Part shown: in pieces, positions 55,260 to 64,000 of the stretch
Numbering within the stretch: position 1 is the stretch's first letter
How the letters are laid out: each line of letters opens with the position of its first letter
Assembly: GCA_016207165.1 (NCBI GenBank)
Contig: JACQQD010000012.1
Coordinates: forward strand, 1 to 64,000
Length of the DNA: 64,000 nucleotides
Direction: 5' to 3'
From: Candidatus Micrarchaeota archaeon
GTDB lineage: Archaea; Micrarchaeota; Micrarchaeia; Norongarragalinales; Norongarragalinaceae
The notes under the pieces: model-generated
What the model was told of the DNA's origin: nothing
What the model saw: the letters and a program-made list of their open reading frames with translations, nothing else
Databases searched by the model: none
Made by a program: the position numbers and the translations under genes

Positions 55260-55958
55260 ATGCGGAAGCCCGCGGCCGAGACAGCCCAAATCCTGGCTGA
55301 ACTCAAACGCCAAACCAACTTGAAAAACGTCGCCGGCATGAAGCGCTTCGGCATTTCCGGATCAAAAATGCTCGGCATCTCCATGCCCGTCTTGCGCCAA
55401 ATCGCCAAAAAAACCGGGAAAAACCACGCCTTGGCGCTAATGCTTTGGGAGTCCGGCTACCACGAAGCCCGGATTTTGGCCTCCATCGTGGACGAACCCG
55501 GCAAAGTGACCCCCCGACAGATGAACCAATGGATGGAAGAACTTGACTCGTGGGACGTGTGCGACCAAACGTGCGGAAACCTGTTCGATAAAACCCCGTT
55601 TGCGTGGAAAAAGGCCGCCGAGTGGGCCAAACGAGAAAAAGAATTCCAGCGCCGAGCCGGTTTTGCGTTGATGGCGACTTTGGCATGGCACGACAAGCAA
55701 AGCCCGGACAAGCAGTTCGAGGCCTTCTTACCACTCATCGCAAAGTACGCCACGGACGAACGCCGCTTCGTTCGGAAAGCCGTGAATTGGGCCTTGCGGC
55801 AAATCGGCAAACGAAACGAACGGCTTCGAAAAAAAGCCATACAAAACGCGAACCAAATCCTGAAAGTGCATCCGGATTCCACATCCGCAAAATGGATTGC
55901 CAAAGACGCCCTCCGGGAACTTGAAAATCCGGCCACCATCCAACGATTAAAATCCTAG
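55260..55958 (+). CDS. DNA alkylation repair protein (AlkD-like)
   Basis: LGISMPVLR, DSWDVCD, FVRKAVNWALRQIGK. Confidence 0.9.
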   Translation: MRKPAAETAQILAELKRQTNLKNVAGMKRFGISGSKMLGISMPVLRQIAKKTGKNHALALMLWESGYHEARILASIVDEPGKVTPRQMNQWMEELDSWDVCDQTCGNLFDKTPFAWKKAAEWAKREKEFQRRAGFALMATLAWHDKQSPDKQFEAFLPLIAKYATDERRFVRKAVNWALRQIGKRNERLRKKAIQNANQILKVHPDSTSAKWIAKDALRELENPATIQRLKS

Positions 55959-55974
55959 CAACCAAAGCCATATC

Positions 55975-56730
55975 ATGCAATTGGAGGAAGGCCAACGCGT
56001 CATCCAGCAGGCGCTTTTGCGCGGAAGGCTGTGCGTGGTGGTTGGGCACTGTCATGTCAAGTACCACGGTCGCGCCGCGTCCAAACTCTCGCAAGGCGAC
56101 CGGCTTTTGGTTGTAAAACCCGACGGCACGTTCTTGGTGCACCAAGGCAAGAAAATGGCGGCGATTAACTACCAGGGCCCCGGCGCCATCGTGTCCGCCG
56201 AATTGAAGGAAGGCGCGCTCTTGGTGAAAGCCGAGCGGTCCAAACCCATGAACGAAGTCATCGAAGTCTCGTTTGATTCCCTGCAGGCCGCGCACAGTTT
56301 TACGTTGAAAGACGACGAGAACCTCCGGCTTTTCGGCTCGGAACGCCAGTTGGCCGATCTTTTGGAACAGGACCTCGCCTTGATTGAACCTGGGCTGAAA
56401 CCCTTGAAAAAGGAGGCGTTCATGCGGAAAGGCCGCATCGACTTGATGGCCCAAGACAAAAAAGGCGCCCTGGTCGCCATCGAACTGAAGCGCCGAAACG
56501 CGGGCTTGGATGCCGTGACGCAATTGAAGCGCTACGTTGACGAACTCTCCAAGCGCCAGAAATTCGAAGTCCGGGGAATTTTGTGCGCCCCCGAAATCAC
56601 GGCAAACGCCTTGAAAATGCTGGAACGCGAGGGACTCGAGTTTTTCAAGTTGGATTACGAGGTATCCAACCCTTCCGCAAAAATTAAAGGGCTGGAAAAG
56701 AAACAGAAGATGCTCAACGAATTCAGGTGA
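55975..56730 (+). CDS. nucS: endonuclease NucS (EndoMS)
   Basis: CHVKYHGRAAS, KPDGTFLVH, RIDL, IELKR, QLKRY. Confidence 0.93.
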   Translation: MQLEEGQRVIQQALLRGRLCVVVGHCHVKYHGRAASKLSQGDRLLVVKPDGTFLVHQGKKMAAINYQGPGAIVSAELKEGALLVKAERSKPMNEVIEVSFDSLQAAHSFTLKDDENLRLFGSERQLADLLEQDLALIEPGLKPLKKEAFMRKGRIDLMAQDKKGALVAIELKRRNAGLDAVTQLKRYVDELSKRQKFEVRGILCAPEITANALKMLEREGLEFFKLDYEVSNPSAKIKGLEKKQKMLNEFR

Positions 56731-56734
56731 AAAA

Positions 56735-57202
56735 ATGCCGAACGTGCACTTCACGAAAAAAGACGGAAAATACGCCATCGCGTTGTCGTATTCCCCAAAC
56801 GAAATCAAGGACTTGGCGGAGAAAGGCCTGTTTTTGGAAGCATTTGGCAGGCTGGATAAAATGATGGACCAAGCCTGCTTCGGGTTGATGCACCAGCACT
56901 TCAACGACGAGAAACTCGTTTCCGCATTGGTCGACGACGAATTGTCAGGGTTGGAAGCGTGCAAAGTCCTCTACCGAACCGGCGTCTTGGACAAGAAAAC
57001 CTTTCAGGACATCAAAAACTTCAAGAACGACCGCAACACCGTCACGCACGACATCTACGGCCACTACGCCCTGGCTTTGCGCCAAGCCGGCGAAATCCGA
57101 GACGAAGCGGATTTGAGGAAAAAAGCCGACGCGAAAGCCCAAAGCGCACTGCAAAAAGGGCTGGACGCATTCCATTTCCTCATGGCGTCGCTGAAGCGCT
57201 AA
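56735..57202 (+). CDS. hypothetical protein with possible HEPN motif
   Basis: Helical protein with Rx4H motif RNTVTH. Confidence 0.55.
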   Translation: MPNVHFTKKDGKYAIALSYSPNEIKDLAEKGLFLEAFGRLDKMMDQACFGLMHQHFNDEKLVSALVDDELSGLEACKVLYRTGVLDKKTFQDIKNFKNDRNTVTHDIYGHYALALRQAGEIRDEADLRKKADAKAQSALQKGLDAFHFLMASLKR

Positions 57203-57584
57203 GCGCCTCGCAGTACGCACCCAATTGGGGCGCGCCGTCCGGAAAATCCGTGCTCCCCGTAAACGGAAACGCCAGGCAATCAATGAAGCGGTCCTCCAAC
57301 AAATTCGCCAAATCCCGGCACGAGGCTTGCCGGTCCTCGGGATACCACACGCAAATTTGGGGGTCCACGTTCTTGAGGCGCTGGCGGTAGGCACTGCAAA
57401 ACTCTTTCGTGGTTACAGCCCCATACGTGTACGAGCCATTGACATTCTCGCAGAACAAGTCGGTGAGCACCGGCGACGCGGCCTGCCTAAGGCCGGGAGT
57501 CAACAACCACACCCCAACCACCGACGCGCCGACGATGACCAGCGTGGCGGCCAACAAAACCGTTCGTACCGACGACTCATCCAT
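57180..57584 (-). CDS. small membrane-anchored Cys-rich protein
   Basis: N-terminal TM and six Cys. Confidence 0.55.
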   Translation of the reverse strand: MDESSVRTVLLAATLVIVGASVVGVWLLTPGLRQAASPVLTDLFCENVNGSYTYGAVTTKEFCSAYRQRLKNVDPQICVWYPEDRQASCRDLANLLEDRFIDCLAFPFTGSTDFPDGAPQLGAYCEALSASATP

Positions 57585-57619
57585 ACCCTTTAAAGGGCTT
57601 CACGCCGTTTTAATGCGTT

Positions 57620-58588
57620 ATGGCTTTCGGAGACGTCATCAAGGCCCCGCTTCGGTGGCTCAAAGAAGACCCCGTCCTGTTTTTGCCGGCGATTCTCACC
57701 TGGATTCCCTTGATTTTGGCCGCCGCCTTGGCGCTGGCCATGTTCGGCCCCTTCATCTCCGGACTGCTATCCAGCGGGGACGCCTCGCAATACTTCCTGA
57801 ACAACGCAGGCCAAATCCTGGGCCTCGTCGTGCAACTCTTCATCCTGATTTTGGTGGTCGGCGTCGCTTCCTTCTTCATCGGCGTCTTTGTCAACCTGGC
57901 CTACGCGTACGCCGCCAAACAAAAACACGACGGACAAAAATTGTCTCTCTCCGATGCCTTCCGCGAAGCGAAAACCAAACTGGCGCACGGAATTTGGAGC
58001 CAGTTCTTGGGGGGCGTCGTCTACGGCGCGGCGTTTTTGGTCTTAATCATTCTGGTGGTGGCCGCCATTTTCTCGGCTTCCATCCCCGCTGTCGGAATCC
58101 TCATTGCCGTCTTGTTGGGGCTGGTGGCCGCCATCGGATTGCTGGCCCTGATTTTCCTGGGCTCCGCGACGTTCTACTACCTCATGCCGCAAATCGCCTT
58201 TTCCGACATGAAAGGCTTTTCCGCGTTCAAGACGTCCTGGAACCTCGTCTGGAAGTACAAACTGCAAAGCGTGGCCCTCGTTTTATTGTTGAGCATCGTC
58301 AGCAACATCTTGTCTCAAATTGCCACGGCCGCGCTTTCCACCATCTGGTTGTTCGTCATCTTGTTCGCCATCGTCTCGCTTTTCATCACGGCGTGGGTGG
58401 CGCTGACGGCCGCGGAATTCTGGCTGGTTTACTCCGGCGGTTCCCTGCCGAAAAGTGCACCCACCCCAAAACAGTCTACCCCCGCTGAAGCCAAGAAACC
58501 CGACTATACCAAAACATCCACGCAAAAACCGGTGCCGAAGCCCGCGGGCCGTACCGTGAAAGTCAAAGTCGTGCCCAAGAAAAAGTAG
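57620..58588 (+). CDS. multi-pass membrane protein with basic Lys/Pro-rich tail
   Basis: Several TM segments; AFKTSWNL motif. Confidence 0.7.
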   Translation: MAFGDVIKAPLRWLKEDPVLFLPAILTWIPLILAAALALAMFGPFISGLLSSGDASQYFLNNAGQILGLVVQLFILILVVGVASFFIGVFVNLAYAYAAKQKHDGQKLSLSDAFREAKTKLAHGIWSQFLGGVVYGAAFLVLIILVVAAIFSASIPAVGILIAVLLGLVAAIGLLALIFLGSATFYYLMPQIAFSDMKGFSAFKTSWNLVWKYKLQSVALVLLLSIVSNILSQIATAALSTIWLFVILFAIVSLFITAWVALTAAEFWLVYSGGSLPKSAPTPKQSTPAEAKKPDYTKTSTQKPVPKPAGRTVKVKVVPKKK

Positions 58589-58618
58589 AATTCCAAAGAA
58601 GGCACTTGGAAAAAACAA

Positions 58619-58754
58619 TGGAGGGGGAGGGATTTGAACCCTCGAACCCACAAAGGGAACAGATTCCCCAACCCGGCCGAAAAGCCGGAACGTTCATGGG
58701 AGTTGGCCTGGGATCTTGAGTCTGTCGCGTTTGACCAGGCTTTGCTACCCCTCC
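58619..58754 (-). tRNA. tRNA-Leu(CAA) with 50-nt intron at 37/38 (58665-58714)
   Basis: ACAGA-CTCAAG|intron|A-TCTGT; BHB central helix CTCA/TGGG; acceptor GGAGGGG/CCCCTCC. Confidence 0.92.
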
Positions 58755-58761
58755 ATTTGAG

Positions 58762-58836
58762 CGAAGCGATTGGTCTACCTGACCAATCGCGGGCTCCGAT
58801 TAAACGAAGCGATTGAACCCATTTGGCTCAATCGCG
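58762..58836. repeat. two related CGAAGCGATTG..CAATCGCG hairpins upstream of tRNA-Leu
   Basis: GCGATTGGTC-tacct-GACCAATCGC (58766-58790) and GCGATTGAACC-cattt-GGCTCAATCGC (58809-58835). Confidence 0.75.
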
Positions 58837-58918
58837 ATCTACACGGAACCGTAGGCGCGACTGGAAACGCTTATGCCGCACCCAGTTATTAAAGCCTTTT
58901 TACCTCGTTTTAAACGAA

Positions 58919-59908
58919 ATGAAAAAAACAAGGAGCGTGTTTGTCACCGGTGCCACGGGAAGGCTGGGCCGAGTGTTTGTGCGTTGGGCCCAGAAAAAGG
59001 GCTGGAAAGTAACGGCGTTGGTGCGCAACCCCGCCAAAGCCAGAAAGGTGTTGCCCCAAGGAGTTCACATCGTGAAAGGCGACTTGGATTCCATGCCGTT
59101 TCTGGAATTGTGCCGGGCGCTTCGGGGCAAAAGCGTGGTGCACATGGCCGGAGTCGTGGATTTCCGCGCGAACGCCGAACGGTTTTTCCGCATCAACGCC
59201 GCGGGAACACTCAAAATGGTGCAGGCCGCGGAACGCGAGCGAACGCCGCGGTTCGTGCACACGTCCAGCACGTCCATCTACCACTACGTCAACCGGCTTC
59301 CCATCACGGAACAGTTTGACCCGTCGCCGGCCAACGCGTACGGCAAAAGCAAGCTGGAAGCGGAAGCCGTCGTGCGCCGAAGCCAACTTAACTACGCCAT
59401 CATCCGGCCCTGCGCCATCTACGGCCCGGGGTTTGACGAGGGATTCAGTCAGGTGATGCAATGGGTAAAGAAAGGCAAAATGCCGATTCTGGGTTCCGGG
59501 AAAAACCACATCCCATTGATTCACGTTGAGGACGCCGCGCAGGCGTTGTGGCTGGCGTTGGAGAACGACGCCTACCAAGAGGACTTTATTGTCAGTAGCG
59601 GCGAACAATTCACGCAGGAAGAAGCGCTTTGCATGCTGGCAGACGCCCTCAAGGCGCCAAGGCCCACGCGTCACGTGATGAGGCCCCTGGCGTACGCGCT
59701 GGCGGGATTGGATGCCTTGAACGGCTTGTTCACCGGAAAAAGAAAGCTGTTGCGCACGCACGTGGACTTTTTGATGGAGGACCGCGTGTTTGACATTTCC
59801 AAAGCCCGGCGAATCCTGGGCTTCAGACCCAAAATCACGTTACAGCAAGGCATCCGGGAACTGGTCCGCGACACGTCACGCCGAACACCGCGTCAGCATG
59901 GGTCTTAA
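58919..59908 (+). CDS. extended SDR, NAD-dependent epimerase/dehydratase family
   Basis: VTGATGRLG, YGKSK, IRPCAIYGPG. Confidence 0.85.
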   Translation: MKKTRSVFVTGATGRLGRVFVRWAQKKGWKVTALVRNPAKARKVLPQGVHIVKGDLDSMPFLELCRALRGKSVVHMAGVVDFRANAERFFRINAAGTLKMVQAAERERTPRFVHTSSTSIYHYVNRLPITEQFDPSPANAYGKSKLEAEAVVRRSQLNYAIIRPCAIYGPGFDEGFSQVMQWVKKGKMPILGSGKNHIPLIHVEDAAQALWLALENDAYQEDFIVSSGEQFTQEEALCMLADALKAPRPTRHVMRPLAYALAGLDALNGLFTGKRKLLRTHVDFLMEDRVFDISKARRILGFRPKITLQQGIRELVRDTSRRTPRQHGS

Positions 59909-59968
59909 AAAAACCGCCTGCACTAATGCATGAAATGAATAAAGCAAGTCGCACGAGGAGAGCCAATC

Positions 59969-61075
59969 ATGGTTGACGTGTTGGGCGCCGTGTTGCCGGA
60001 TTGGGCGGCGGCCCTTGGAATCTTCATCGGATCCATCGTCTTGGCCGAGGGCGTCATCGTCGTCATCGACAAGCTCATCCGGCCGCTTTTGTCCAAGACC
60101 AAGACCGTCTTGGACGACTACCTCTTTGAAAACCTCCGGGGGCCCCTGAAACTCTTGTTCTCGGTGTTCGGAGCCTACTACGGCATCAAACTGCTGTACA
60201 GCGATTTCCAAGTTTGGGGATACGGACTGGACGCGTTGCTGGGCTTTGCCCTCATTGTTTCCGTGGGGCACGCCGTCGCGCGCGCGCTTTCCGCCGTCCT
60301 GAAGTGGTACGTCCAAGAAATCGGCATCCAGCAAAAAAGCCGGGTCGGCGACGTGTTCCCCATCCTCTCCAAAATCCTCAAGGCCGCCGTCTACTTCGGC
60401 ACCCTCATCGTTCTGTTGAGTGAATTGGGCGTGGAGATTGGGCCCCTCATTGCAGGACTTGGCGTCGCGGGGTTGGCCGTGGCCTTGGCCCTGCAAGATT
60501 CGCTGAAAAACTTTTTCGCCGGCGTGTACCTGTTGGCCGACAAACCCATTCGGCAAGGCGACATCATCGCCTTGGATAGCGATAAATCGGAAATCAAGGG
60601 AACCGTCGAGGAAATCGGTTGGCGGGCCACCCGCATCCGGGGGGTTGCCAACGCCATCCACATCATTCCCAACGAAAAACTCGCGCAAAGCGTGATCGTC
60701 AACTACAGCAAAGGACGAGATACGCGGACGCTCATGGTGAAAGTCGGCGTGCCATACGGCGAAGACCCCCAGAAAGCCCTGGACGCCCTGAAGAAAGCGG
60801 CGGAAGAGGCTATTGCGTCCTCGCCGGCTACCGACCAAAGCGTCCCCGCCGAAGTGCGAATCAACGAGTTCCTGGATTCCTCCGTGGAACTGGCGGCGTT
60901 GGTACGCGTCAAAGACTACGGCGAACGCTTCAAAGTGGCCACGGAACTTCGAAAAAACATCTTGCGCATCTTCAAAAAGCAACGCATCGAGATACCGTTT
61001 CCCATCCGGACCATTCATTTGAACGACGGGCGCGCCACCCCAAAGCAAAAGCACACGGCCAAAAAAACCCAGTAA
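59969..61075 (+). CDS. mscS: small-conductance mechanosensitive channel (MscS family)
   Basis: GLGVAGLAVALALQD, PIRQGD, IPN, IPFP. Confidence 0.92.
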   Translation: MVDVLGAVLPDWAAALGIFIGSIVLAEGVIVVIDKLIRPLLSKTKTVLDDYLFENLRGPLKLLFSVFGAYYGIKLLYSDFQVWGYGLDALLGFALIVSVGHAVARALSAVLKWYVQEIGIQQKSRVGDVFPILSKILKAAVYFGTLIVLLSELGVEIGPLIAGLGVAGLAVALALQDSLKNFFAGVYLLADKPIRQGDIIALDSDKSEIKGTVEEIGWRATRIRGVANAIHIIPNEKLAQSVIVNYSKGRDTRTLMVKVGVPYGEDPQKALDALKKAAEEAIASSPATDQSVPAEVRINEFLDSSVELAALVRVKDYGERFKVATELRKNILRIFKKQRIEIPFPIRTIHLNDGRATPKQKHTAKKTQ

Positions 61076-61177
61076 CGCGGCACCAAAACCCCAAGACAGA
61101 CCACAGAACCCCCGCATCAAAAGGACGCGGCAAAGCATAACGCCGTTATTTTTATTGTCGAAGACATAACGCTTATA

Positions 61178-61224
61178 TACCTACATATGGTATCTGATCA
61201 TACAAAAAACACAAGATATTGTGT
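61178..61224 (+). promoter_or_regulatory. tandem NrdR-like boxes
   Basis: TACCTACATATGGTAT (61178) and ACACAAGATATTGTGT (61209), 31 bp apart, upstream of nrdD. Confidence 0.7.
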
Positions 61225-61240
61225 TTTCGGGGGAGTGGGC

Positions 61241-63295
61241 ATGGTCATCCGGAAAATCAGGAAACGCGACGGCCGGTTGGAGGACTTTGACCACAAGCGC
61301 ATTTCCACCGCGATTTTCAAGGCCGCCAAATCCGTGGGGGGCCAGGACTGGTCGCTGGCGGAAAAACTGACGGACGACGTGGTCCGGCAACTGGAAGCCC
61401 AATTCGCGGGCCAGACGCCGACCGTAGAGCAAGTCCAGGACCTCGTGGAAAAGACGCTCATTGAATCCGGGCACGCCAAGACCGCGAAAACCTACATTTT
61501 GTACCGCAAACAGCGCGCCGACATCCGCGACGTGCGGAAACTCATGGACTCCGACGAACTGGTGGACGGGTACCTGGGGGAAATGGATTGGCGCGTCAAG
61601 GAAAACGCGAACATGAGCTACAGCCTTCAGGGTCTTAACTTCCACATCTCTTCGGCCGTGATTTCCAGGTACTGGCTGAACAAGTTGTACCCGGAAAAAA
61701 TCGCTTCCGCCCATTCGTCCGGGGACTTCCACATCCACGACCTCGGCATTCTGGGGCCGTACTGCGTGGGCTGGGACCTCAAGGACCTTTTGTTGAACGG
61801 GTTTGGCCACGTGTCCGGAAAAATTTCAAGCAAGCCCGCCAGGCACTTCCGCACGGCTCTGGGCCAAGTCGTCAATTTCTTCTATACCTTGCAAGGCGAG
61901 GCCGCCGGAGCGCAGGCGTTTTCCAGCTTCGACTCGTATTTGGCGCCGTTCATCCGCTACGACGGACTGGACGAAAAGCAAGTCAAACAAGCCCTCCAGG
62001 AATTTGTTTTCAACATCAACGTGCCCACCCGCGTGGGCTTCCAGACGCCGTTTACCAACATCACCATGGACTTAAACGTGCCGAACATGATGAAAGGCGA
62101 GCCCGTCATTGCGGGCGGAACATTCCAGAACGAGGTATACGGCGACTTTCAGCCGGAACTGGACGTCTTGAATCAGGCGTTTGCCGAAGTCATGATGGAA
62201 GGCGACGCGCAAGAAAGGGTGTTCACGTTTCCCATTCCCACGTACAACATCACGAAAAACTTCAATTGGGACGCGCCGGTCGTGAAAAACGTGTTCGAAA
62301 TGACGGCCAAGTACGGCGTGCCATACTTTTCCAACTTTGTCAACTCCGACATGTCGCCGGAAGACGCCAGGAGTATGTGTTGTCGATTGAGGCTCGACAA
62401 CCGGGAACTGCGCAAACGCGGCGGAGGACTCTTTGGAGCCAATCCGCTTACCGGAAGCGTGGGGGTCGTCACCATCAACTTACCCCGCATTGGCTTTACG
62501 TGCAAGACCGAAGACGCGTACTTTGAAAAACTCGACGCCTTAATGGACTTGGCCAAAGAAAGCCTGGAAACCAAGCGCCACGTATTGGAAGGCTTCACGG
62601 AAAAAGGGCTGTACCCGTATTCACGGTACTACCTGCGCGACATCAAAAGCCAGTTCGGCCAATACTGGAAAAACCACTTCGCCACCATCGGCCTCATTGG
62701 AATGAACGAGTCCGTCCAGAACTTTTTGGGCGTGTCCATCGCCGACATCCAAGGCAAAGCCTTTGCACTCAAAATCCTCACCCACATGCGCAACCGCTTG
62801 GGCCAGTACCAGGAGGAAACCGGAAACATCTATAACCTGGAGGCCACTCCCGGCGAAGGCACGTCGCACCGCTTGGCGCGGCTGGACGCCGCCATGCACC
62901 CCGGCATCCGCGTGGCCAACCAAAACGCCGTCAACGTCCGCCAGGCCGCGGCATACTACACGAATTCCTCGCACCTACCCGTAGGCCACACGACGGACGT
63001 TTTCGAAGCCTTGGAACACCAAGACGAACTCCAAACCCAGTACACCGGCGGAACGGTGCTCCACGGATTTTTGGGAGAACAAGTCTCGGACTGGCGGACT
63101 GCCCGGGACTTGGTGCGCAAAATCGCGGAAAACTTCCACCTCCCGTACTTCACGTTGACACCCACGTTTTCCGTCTGCCCCAACCACGGGTACCTTGCGG
63201 GCGAGCATTTCTATTGCCCCACGTGCGACGAAGAAATCGGGTACGTTCAAGAAAAGGAGGAGAAAACCCATGGAAGCGCAATGCACCCCACATGA
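61241..63295 (+). CDS. nrdD: anaerobic (class III) ribonucleotide reductase large subunit with ATP cone, lacking the glycyl-radical motif
   Basis: IRKRDG ATP cone, HIHDL, RSMCCRL, EATPGE, YTNSS, TGGTVLH, SVCPNHG..CPTC. Confidence 0.93.
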   Translation: MVIRKIRKRDGRLEDFDHKRISTAIFKAAKSVGGQDWSLAEKLTDDVVRQLEAQFAGQTPTVEQVQDLVEKTLIESGHAKTAKTYILYRKQRADIRDVRKLMDSDELVDGYLGEMDWRVKENANMSYSLQGLNFHISSAVISRYWLNKLYPEKIASAHSSGDFHIHDLGILGPYCVGWDLKDLLLNGFGHVSGKISSKPARHFRTALGQVVNFFYTLQGEAAGAQAFSSFDSYLAPFIRYDGLDEKQVKQALQEFVFNINVPTRVGFQTPFTNITMDLNVPNMMKGEPVIAGGTFQNEVYGDFQPELDVLNQAFAEVMMEGDAQERVFTFPIPTYNITKNFNWDAPVVKNVFEMTAKYGVPYFSNFVNSDMSPEDARSMCCRLRLDNRELRKRGGGLFGANPLTGSVGVVTINLPRIGFTCKTEDAYFEKLDALMDLAKESLETKRHVLEGFTEKGLYPYSRYYLRDIKSQFGQYWKNHFATIGLIGMNESVQNFLGVSIADIQGKAFALKILTHMRNRLGQYQEETGNIYNLEATPGEGTSHRLARLDAAMHPGIRVANQNAVNVRQAAAYYTNSSHLPVGHTTDVFEALEHQDELQTQYTGGTVLHGFLGEQVSDWRTARDLVRKIAENFHLPYFTLTPTFSVCPNHGYLAGEHFYCPTCDEEIGYVQEKEEKTHGSAMHPT

Positions 63296-63437
63296 AAACC
63301 TGGAAAACAAGCGAACGAAATGCGAAGTCTACAGGCCGCGGAACCGCGGGGGACACCTCCGCTTCGCTCCGGTTTCCCCCTCAGTTCTACGTTCCTCCGG
63401 ATCCCCCTTCCCACGAAAAGAGGACCAAGAGGTGTAA
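63270..63437 (+). pseudogene. interrupted 5' copy of the NrdD glycyl-radical peptide gene
   Basis: AGGAGG RBS + MEAQCTPHENLENKRTKCEVY, then runs into the insert. Confidence 0.55.
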
Positions 63438-63445
63438 GCATGCAG
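63335..63445 (-). mobile_element. 111-nt insert with GTAG+hairpin between 41-bp direct repeats
   Basis: GAAAACCTGGAAAACAAGCGAACGAAATGCGAAGTCTACAG at 63294-63334 and 63446-63486; reverse complement aligns with 19412-19470. Confidence 0.7.
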
Positions 63446-63580
63446 GAAAACCTGGAAAACAAGCGAACGAAATGCGAAGTCTACAGCCGAGTCGTCGGAT
63501 ACCTTCGACCCGTAGACCAATGGAATGAAGGCAAGCAAGCCGAGTTCTCGGAACGCAAAACATACCGGGTCCAACCATGA
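63440..63580 (+). CDS. NrdD C-terminal glycyl-radical peptide (46 aa)
   Basis: GAGGTG RBS; MQENLENKRTKCEVYSRVVGYLRPVDQWNEGKQAEF. Confidence 0.85.
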   Translation: MQENLENKRTKCEVYSRVVGYLRPVDQWNEGKQAEFSERKTYRVQP

Positions 63581-64000
63581 GAATCGGCGGCTTCCAAAAG
63601 ACGACGCTGGTGGACTATCCCGGAAAAATCGCCTCGATCGTCTTTTTGTCGGGGTGCAACATGCGGTGCGGGTACTGCTACAATGCGCCGTTGGCCACAG
63701 GAAAACTGCCGGATTTAGGCGAGGAAAACGTTTTCCGCGAGATCTCTCAGAGAAAAAAGTACGTGGACGCCGTGGTCATCACCGGAGGCGAGCCCACGAT
63801 TTGGCCCGACCTGCCCCAACGCCTCCAACAACTCAAAAAAGAAGGGTTCCTGGTGAAGTTGGACACCAACGGCTTGAACCCCGAGAAACTCCGGCAAATC
63901 CTTGAATCCGGCGACGTGGACTTTGTCGCCATGGACGTCAAGGCGCCTTGGGCCAAGTACCAAGGCGTGTGCGGGGCCAGGCTTGACGAACGCCGCATCC
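63577..64000 (+). CDS. nrdG: anaerobic RNR activating enzyme (runs off window end)
   Basis: MRIGGFQKTTLVDYPGK..GCNMRCGYC..TGGEP..KLDTNG. Confidence 0.92.
   Translation, partial: MRIGGFQKTTLVDYPGKIASIVFLSGCNMRCGYCYNAPLATGKLPDLGEENVFREISQRKKYVDAVVITGGEPTIWPDLPQRLQQLKKEGFLVKLDTNGLNPEKLRQILESGDVDFVAMDVKAPWAKYQGVCGARLDERRI

Noticed and set aside
1-64000. CRISPR array or cas genes
   Set aside because: No run of three or more equal repeats with unique spacers and no cas motifs seen; the repeats found are pairs or hairpins

Overview
Archaeal chromosomal segment. The gene set (aRF1, TruD, FtsZ2, AglB, AglH, DRG GTPase, NucS, a short histone, a BHB-intron tRNA) suggests a DPANN archaeon, possibly Micrarchaeota-like; that placement is inference. 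1-19.5 kb holds regulators, an FTR1 iron permease, aRF1 with a 516-aa LAGLIDADG intein inserted directly after GGQ, truD, a histone, tRNA-Ser, an SRP RNA that appears to lack helix 6, ftsZ2, a PIN/HTH pair and tRNA-Ala. 19.5-52.3 kb is a ~33 kb N-glycosylation/surface-glycan cluster running from a MurG-like GT to aglB and aglH. 52.3-64 kb holds drg, an nrdG-like gene, alkD, nucS, tRNA-Leu with intron, mscS and a split class III RNR operon. The most notable unexplained structures are: (1) a GTAG+hairpin element found twice, each time between long direct target duplications (tRNA-Ala 3' end; start of the NrdD glycyl-radical peptide); (2) covarying TAGCAA hairpin sites in inverted orientation around a methyltransferase gene; (3) three paralogous ~100-aa membrane proteins, each divergent from its own HTH regulator; (4) a 20-bp ATGTAAA-N6-TTTACAT motif present 8 times at glycan-cluster promoters; (5) an HTH-ferritin fusion regulator facing a hidden 51-aa ORF and FTR1; (6) an 11-bp-phased TCNNGA array; (7) tandem NrdR-like boxes. 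All product calls come from motif recognition by eye, without database searches.
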